Positions 44,235-47,022 of a stretch of 47,022 nt of DNA are shown here, in pieces (within the stretch, counting starts at the first letter, position 1; every line of letters begins with the position of its first letter). The notes under the pieces were generated by a model, which worked only from the letters and a program-made list of their open reading frames with translations, was not told where the DNA came from and did no database searches. The stretch spans positions 1-47,022 of the IMG/VR virus record IMGVR_UViG_3300031965_000052; one strand, written 5' to 3'. This DNA is from a virus. Taxonomy: Duplodnaviria > Caudoviricetes. Both the position numbers and the translations under genes were made by a program.

Positions 44235-45107
44235 TTACTCACCTCCTCCATTATGGTATAACTTCACACACATCTCTGCTGTCGGGGACCACTGATGCTG
44301 CCAGTCTCTGATGTAGTCAAAGCCTGGTGGCATGGGGGGCAGTTCCTTGTCTGCCTCGTAGCGGGCGTAGGCGTCCTGTAGTGTGGTGTAACGGGCCACC
44401 AGCAGGGCCTCCACCTCCTCGTCGGGCCACACGTCGGGCACCCGCACTGGGTGGGTCCCACTCCGCGACGTGTTGGCTACCTGCACGGACTTGGTAACTT
44501 CCAAGGGCATGACGCTGTCCTCTGCTACGTATACCACCCCCAGTCGGTTGATGTTCAACTCGTTGGGCTTCACCCCACCGAGGTCGGGTTCCCACCGCTT
44601 GGCGTTGTTGACCAACCAACGGTAGTCTTGCACCTGGGCACAGTGGTTGTCCCACGGCTTGCCCCAACGGGGGAGCTTCTTCGGGAACTTCCAGTCCCGT
44701 AGCACGGCACCGTCTGGGGTGACAAGCATGTCGTCAATCTTACCGTGTATCTCACACCCGTCCAGTCCAGGGAGGTCAGCCCAGAAGCGAACCTCGGACA
44801 CAGCACCCCGCTGCGCACCCTTCTCCATCAGGGAGTGGAACATGGTGCCCCGCCAGGCCCACCAACGGGCAGTCAGGTCCACCACGTAGTCGTTGTACTT
44901 CTGCAACACAGCACACCGAAGACAGATGGGGTTAAGCATGGTGACACTGATACCCCCCGGACGTGGCTCGTCCTCCACCATGGTACGCAGGATGGGGTAT
45001 GGGACCGGGAAGAACGGGTCGTTCGCGGCCATGTCCAGCAGTTGCTGGCCGGTGTGGGTGTACGTCTTACCACCCTTCGCCTCCCACTTGTACGCGGCTA
45101 CTGCCAA
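44235..45107 (-). CDS. PD-(D/E)XK (RecB/Cas4-like) nuclease
   Basis: SVTML..CLR, RGTMFH, E, HGKID, DWKF, QVQDY. Confidence 0.85.
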   Translation of the reverse strand: MAVAAYKWEAKGGKTYTHTGQQLLDMAANDPFFPVPYPILRTMVEDEPRPGGISVTMLNPICLRCAVLQKYNDYVVDLTARWWAWRGTMFHSLMEKGAQRGAVSEVRFWADLPGLDGCEIHGKIDDMLVTPDGAVLRDWKFPKKLPRWGKPWDNHCAQVQDYRWLVNNAKRWEPDLGGVKPNELNINRLGVVYVAEDSVMPLEVTKSVQVANTSRSGTHPVRVPDVWPDEEVEALLVARYTTLQDAYARYEADKELPPMPPGFDYIRDWQHQWSPTAEMCVKLYHNGGGE

Positions 45108-45108
45108 G

Positions 45109-45897
45109 TTAACCTCTCCTCTCTCTGAGAACCGTTCTCATTAGTTCATCCTCTGACAACGGGTCCTCGAACGTGTCGTTAGCGGTAAGAACCGCCGCCA
45201 CAACAACCTCAGAGGGGAACCCTCTTGACATCAGCCAGTAGGCCAGTCGGTTGAGGCCGTTGTTCCTGCCGTCCGGGGCGTGGCCCGAGTACAAGGACTC
45301 AATCCAGTCCTCACGTCCCTGACCACCTGCGGTGGTGCTGCCCGAGTGTTCTCCCCCTCTACTATATAAACCGTTGAAGGGTACCCGGCGCAACTCACCG
45401 AACTCGAAGTGACTTCTCACCCCCGTCCCCCGGCTTACGCCTAGGGGGATGCGGATGAGGTTGCCCAGCCCGCTGTTACGTTGGGCTTGTTTGGGATACA
45501 CCTCGGCTGTTACCCCAGCCCGTGCTAGCATGGCTGTGCCATACTCTAGCACTAAGCCTGCGTTCACAGGTTCCGTAAAGTGCTGCCAGATGTGGCGTCC
45601 ACGGCCTCCTGTATGCTCGACAAGATACGGCGGTCTTAGTACACCCACTAGTTGTGCGATGGGGGTGGGGTCTAACGTGTCCACGTCCCATACTACGAAG
45701 GTAGTAGTGTCGTCAGCACGCAGAGGGAAGGTACCGATGGTCTTTCTCCCTGCTAAGTGGAGACCCAACACGTCGGCGTCGAGGTGTCCCATGCTTACCC
45801 GCCACCCGTCCTCCGCTTCGTACGCGAACGCTTCGGGGTTGCCAACGAAGTAGTCTTCGAGGAGGAGGACTGCATCCTCACCTGGGCCAGCCGCCAC
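45109..45897 (-). CDS. Archaeo-eukaryotic primase (prim-pol) with PriCT-like C-terminal domain
   Basis: VVWDVD, EHTGGRGRHIW, EVYPKQ, GNLIRIPLG, GRNNGLNRLA; frame is open to 46116, true start uncertain. Confidence 0.85.
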   Translation of the reverse strand: MAAGPGEDAVLLLEDYFVGNPEAFAYEAEDGWRVSMGHLDADVLGLHLAGRKTIGTFPLRADDTTTFVVWDVDTLDPTPIAQLVGVLRPPYLVEHTGGRGRHIWQHFTEPVNAGLVLEYGTAMLARAGVTAEVYPKQAQRNSGLGNLIRIPLGVSRGTGVRSHFEFGELRRVPFNGLYSRGGEHSGSTTAGGQGREDWIESLYSGHAPDGRNNGLNRLAYWLMSRGFPSEVVVAAVLTANDTFEDPLSEDELMRTVLRERRG

Positions 45898-46160
45898 AAG
45901 GCGACCCAGTGCCTCAGCAGAATACGATTCCTCGTCCTCGCTGTCAGCGCTGTCAGGCACCCGTGGCACGTCGGGCACAGAACTCTCAGGTCCGTGTGTT
46001 CCGGGTCGTTGCCCACCCCCTTGACGTGGTGGCCGTGGACTCTCCGTGCTGAATACCCGCATACCTGGCATGCCTTTCCTACCTCCTTGATTAGTTTCTT
46101 GCGGGCAGCCCGCCACTCCTTGGTTTGGTATGGGCTAGGACCCTTGCTACGCCGGGGCAT
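45795..46160 (-). CDS. HNH endonuclease
   Basis: YQTKEWRAAR, CQVCG, HGHH, LRVLCPTCH. Confidence 0.8.
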   Translation of the reverse strand: MPRRSKGPSPYQTKEWRAARKKLIKEVGKACQVCGYSARRVHGHHVKGVGNDPEHTDLRVLCPTCHGCLTALTARTRNRILLRHWVALWRLAQVRMQSSSSKTTSLATPKRSRTKRRTGGG

Positions 46161-46166
46161 GGGGGC

Positions 46167-46703
46167 CTAGCGGCGCTTGCCTGGGTACCGGGCAGCCAGG
46201 GTGAAGCCGAAGCCGAGGGCTAGGAAGAACAGACCTAGCCCCAGGGCACCGTCGCTTACTCCGGTTTGTGCCAGTCTTGGACCATTCTCCACTCGGGCCA
46301 CAGGCGGTCCAGCTTTTCCTGCACCCGTTGGATTCGGCGTGTCTTGCGGCGGAGGTGGCGACGGAGTTTCCGCTGACGCCGTAGGGCTAGGCGTAGGGCT
46401 TTGCGTTGGTGTCGGTCCATCTGTGTCCTCCTCGTAAACAACGTAGTACGAGATGTCCTTACCGTCTGGTGTGGTGAAGGTAGTACCTGTCAGCACCCCC
46501 GAGTTGGTGGTAGACCACTTCACACAGAAGGTAGTCTCCTCCTCGAAGGTCACGGTTGGGCCGAAGTGGTTGCCCACCTCTGTCTTGACCCCGCCGCTGG
46601 GGCAATGCAGTCCTGCCGGTGGGGCTGCCACGGCTGTGGCTGGGGACAACACCAGGAGTCCCGCTGCCACCAGCCCCAGCAAAAGCTTACGAGTTACGTT
46701 CAA
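46167..46703 (-). CDS. Secreted cell-wall-anchored protein with LAXTG sorting signal
   Basis: Signal peptide ending AVA, small Cys-bridged domain, PT/PS linker, LAQTG + hydrophobic helix + RYPGKRR. Confidence 0.8.
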   Translation of the reverse strand: MNVTRKLLLGLVAAGLLVLSPATAVAAPPAGLHCPSGGVKTEVGNHFGPTVTFEEETTFCVKWSTTNSGVLTGTTFTTPDGKDISYYVVYEEDTDGPTPTQSPTPSPTASAETPSPPPPQDTPNPTGAGKAGPPVARVENGPRLAQTGVSDGALGLGLFFLALGFGFTLAARYPGKRR

Positions 46704-46900
46704 GCTTCCTCCTTCTTACAACAAGACACGACGGCTTGGCCTTCAAGCCGCATGTGGTGGGCGACTGACTCAATGTTGCGGAGCCGAAGTACCTCTGCAG
46801 TGAGACACGCTATCTCGTCATTAGGAGAGGGGCCTACACCCCCATCGGTTATCTCCCAGTGCTCCTCGTTGCTCACTCCTGTCCTCTCTGCCTCACTCAT
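46700..46900 (-). CDS. Cassette protein starting at the sixth junction repeat
   Basis: MSEAERTG...; ATG lies inside the junction repeat. Confidence 0.6.
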   Translation of the reverse strand: MSEAERTGVSNEEHWEITDGGVGPSPNDEIACLTAEVLRLRNIESVAHHMRLEGQAVVSCCKKEEA

Positions 46901-47022
46901 CTTGGGTTCCTCCGAGGGTTGCGCGCAAACGGTTGATGTCCCCAAGGGACACCCAACAACAGAACTCCTCGGGTGGGGCATCATCAAAGACCACGACTGC
47001 GCGTATCGCCTCCGTCAACTCC
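46893..47022 (-). CDS. Partial cassette protein (5' end off the window)
   Basis: Manual translation ELTEAIRAVVVFDDAPPEEFCCWVSLGDINRLRATLGGTQDE*. Confidence 0.75.
   Translation of the reverse strand, partial: ELTEAIRAVVVFDDAPPEEFCCWVSLGDINRLRATLGGTQDE

Larger units (their letters stand above)
39938..47022 (-). mobile_element. Phage DNA replication module of different origin (segment B)
   Basis: PolA, DnaB, primase, nuclease and HNH genes; visibly lower GC, no GATC found, few GCGCGC. Confidence 0.8.

Noticed and set aside
1-47022. tRNA, rRNA or other structured RNA genes
   Set aside because: No cloverleaf, T-loop signature in intergenic DNA or rRNA-like stretch was recognised by eye; a covariance-model search was not possible.

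Overview
The window is entirely tailed-phage DNA, almost all coding on the minus strand, with markers of an Actinomycetota host (WhiB, an actinobacterial-type LexA domain and SOS box, a LAXTG sorting signal, leaderless promoters). Segment A (1 to ~39.9 kb) is a near-complete temperate phage with podovirus-like architecture. It carries early/recombination genes, a divergent immunity region, a XerC/D-like tyrosine integrase, a LexA DNA-binding-domain-only gene with its own SOS-box promoter, tail and tailspike genes, capsid, scaffold, a 1874-aa probable internal virion protein, portal, an intein-containing terminase, a plus-strand early cassette and a lysis module. No replication gene is recognisable in it. 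Segment B (~39.95-47.0 kb) is a compositionally distinct replication module (family A DNA polymerase, DnaB helicase, primase, PD-(D/E)XK nuclease, HNH, SLOG protein) in which I found no GATC. The two segments meet inside an array of small modular genes joined by a conserved ~30-bp stop/RBS/start junction repeat. Both window ends fall inside this gene family and can be joined in frame by 30 nt that are present in an internal paralogue. Main leads: (1) the repeat-bounded gene-cassette array and the repeat-flanked replication module (real cointegrate versus assembly chimera is unresolved); (2) the SOS-regulated LexA half-gene next to the integrase. All protein calls come from reading motifs by eye; no database searches were run.
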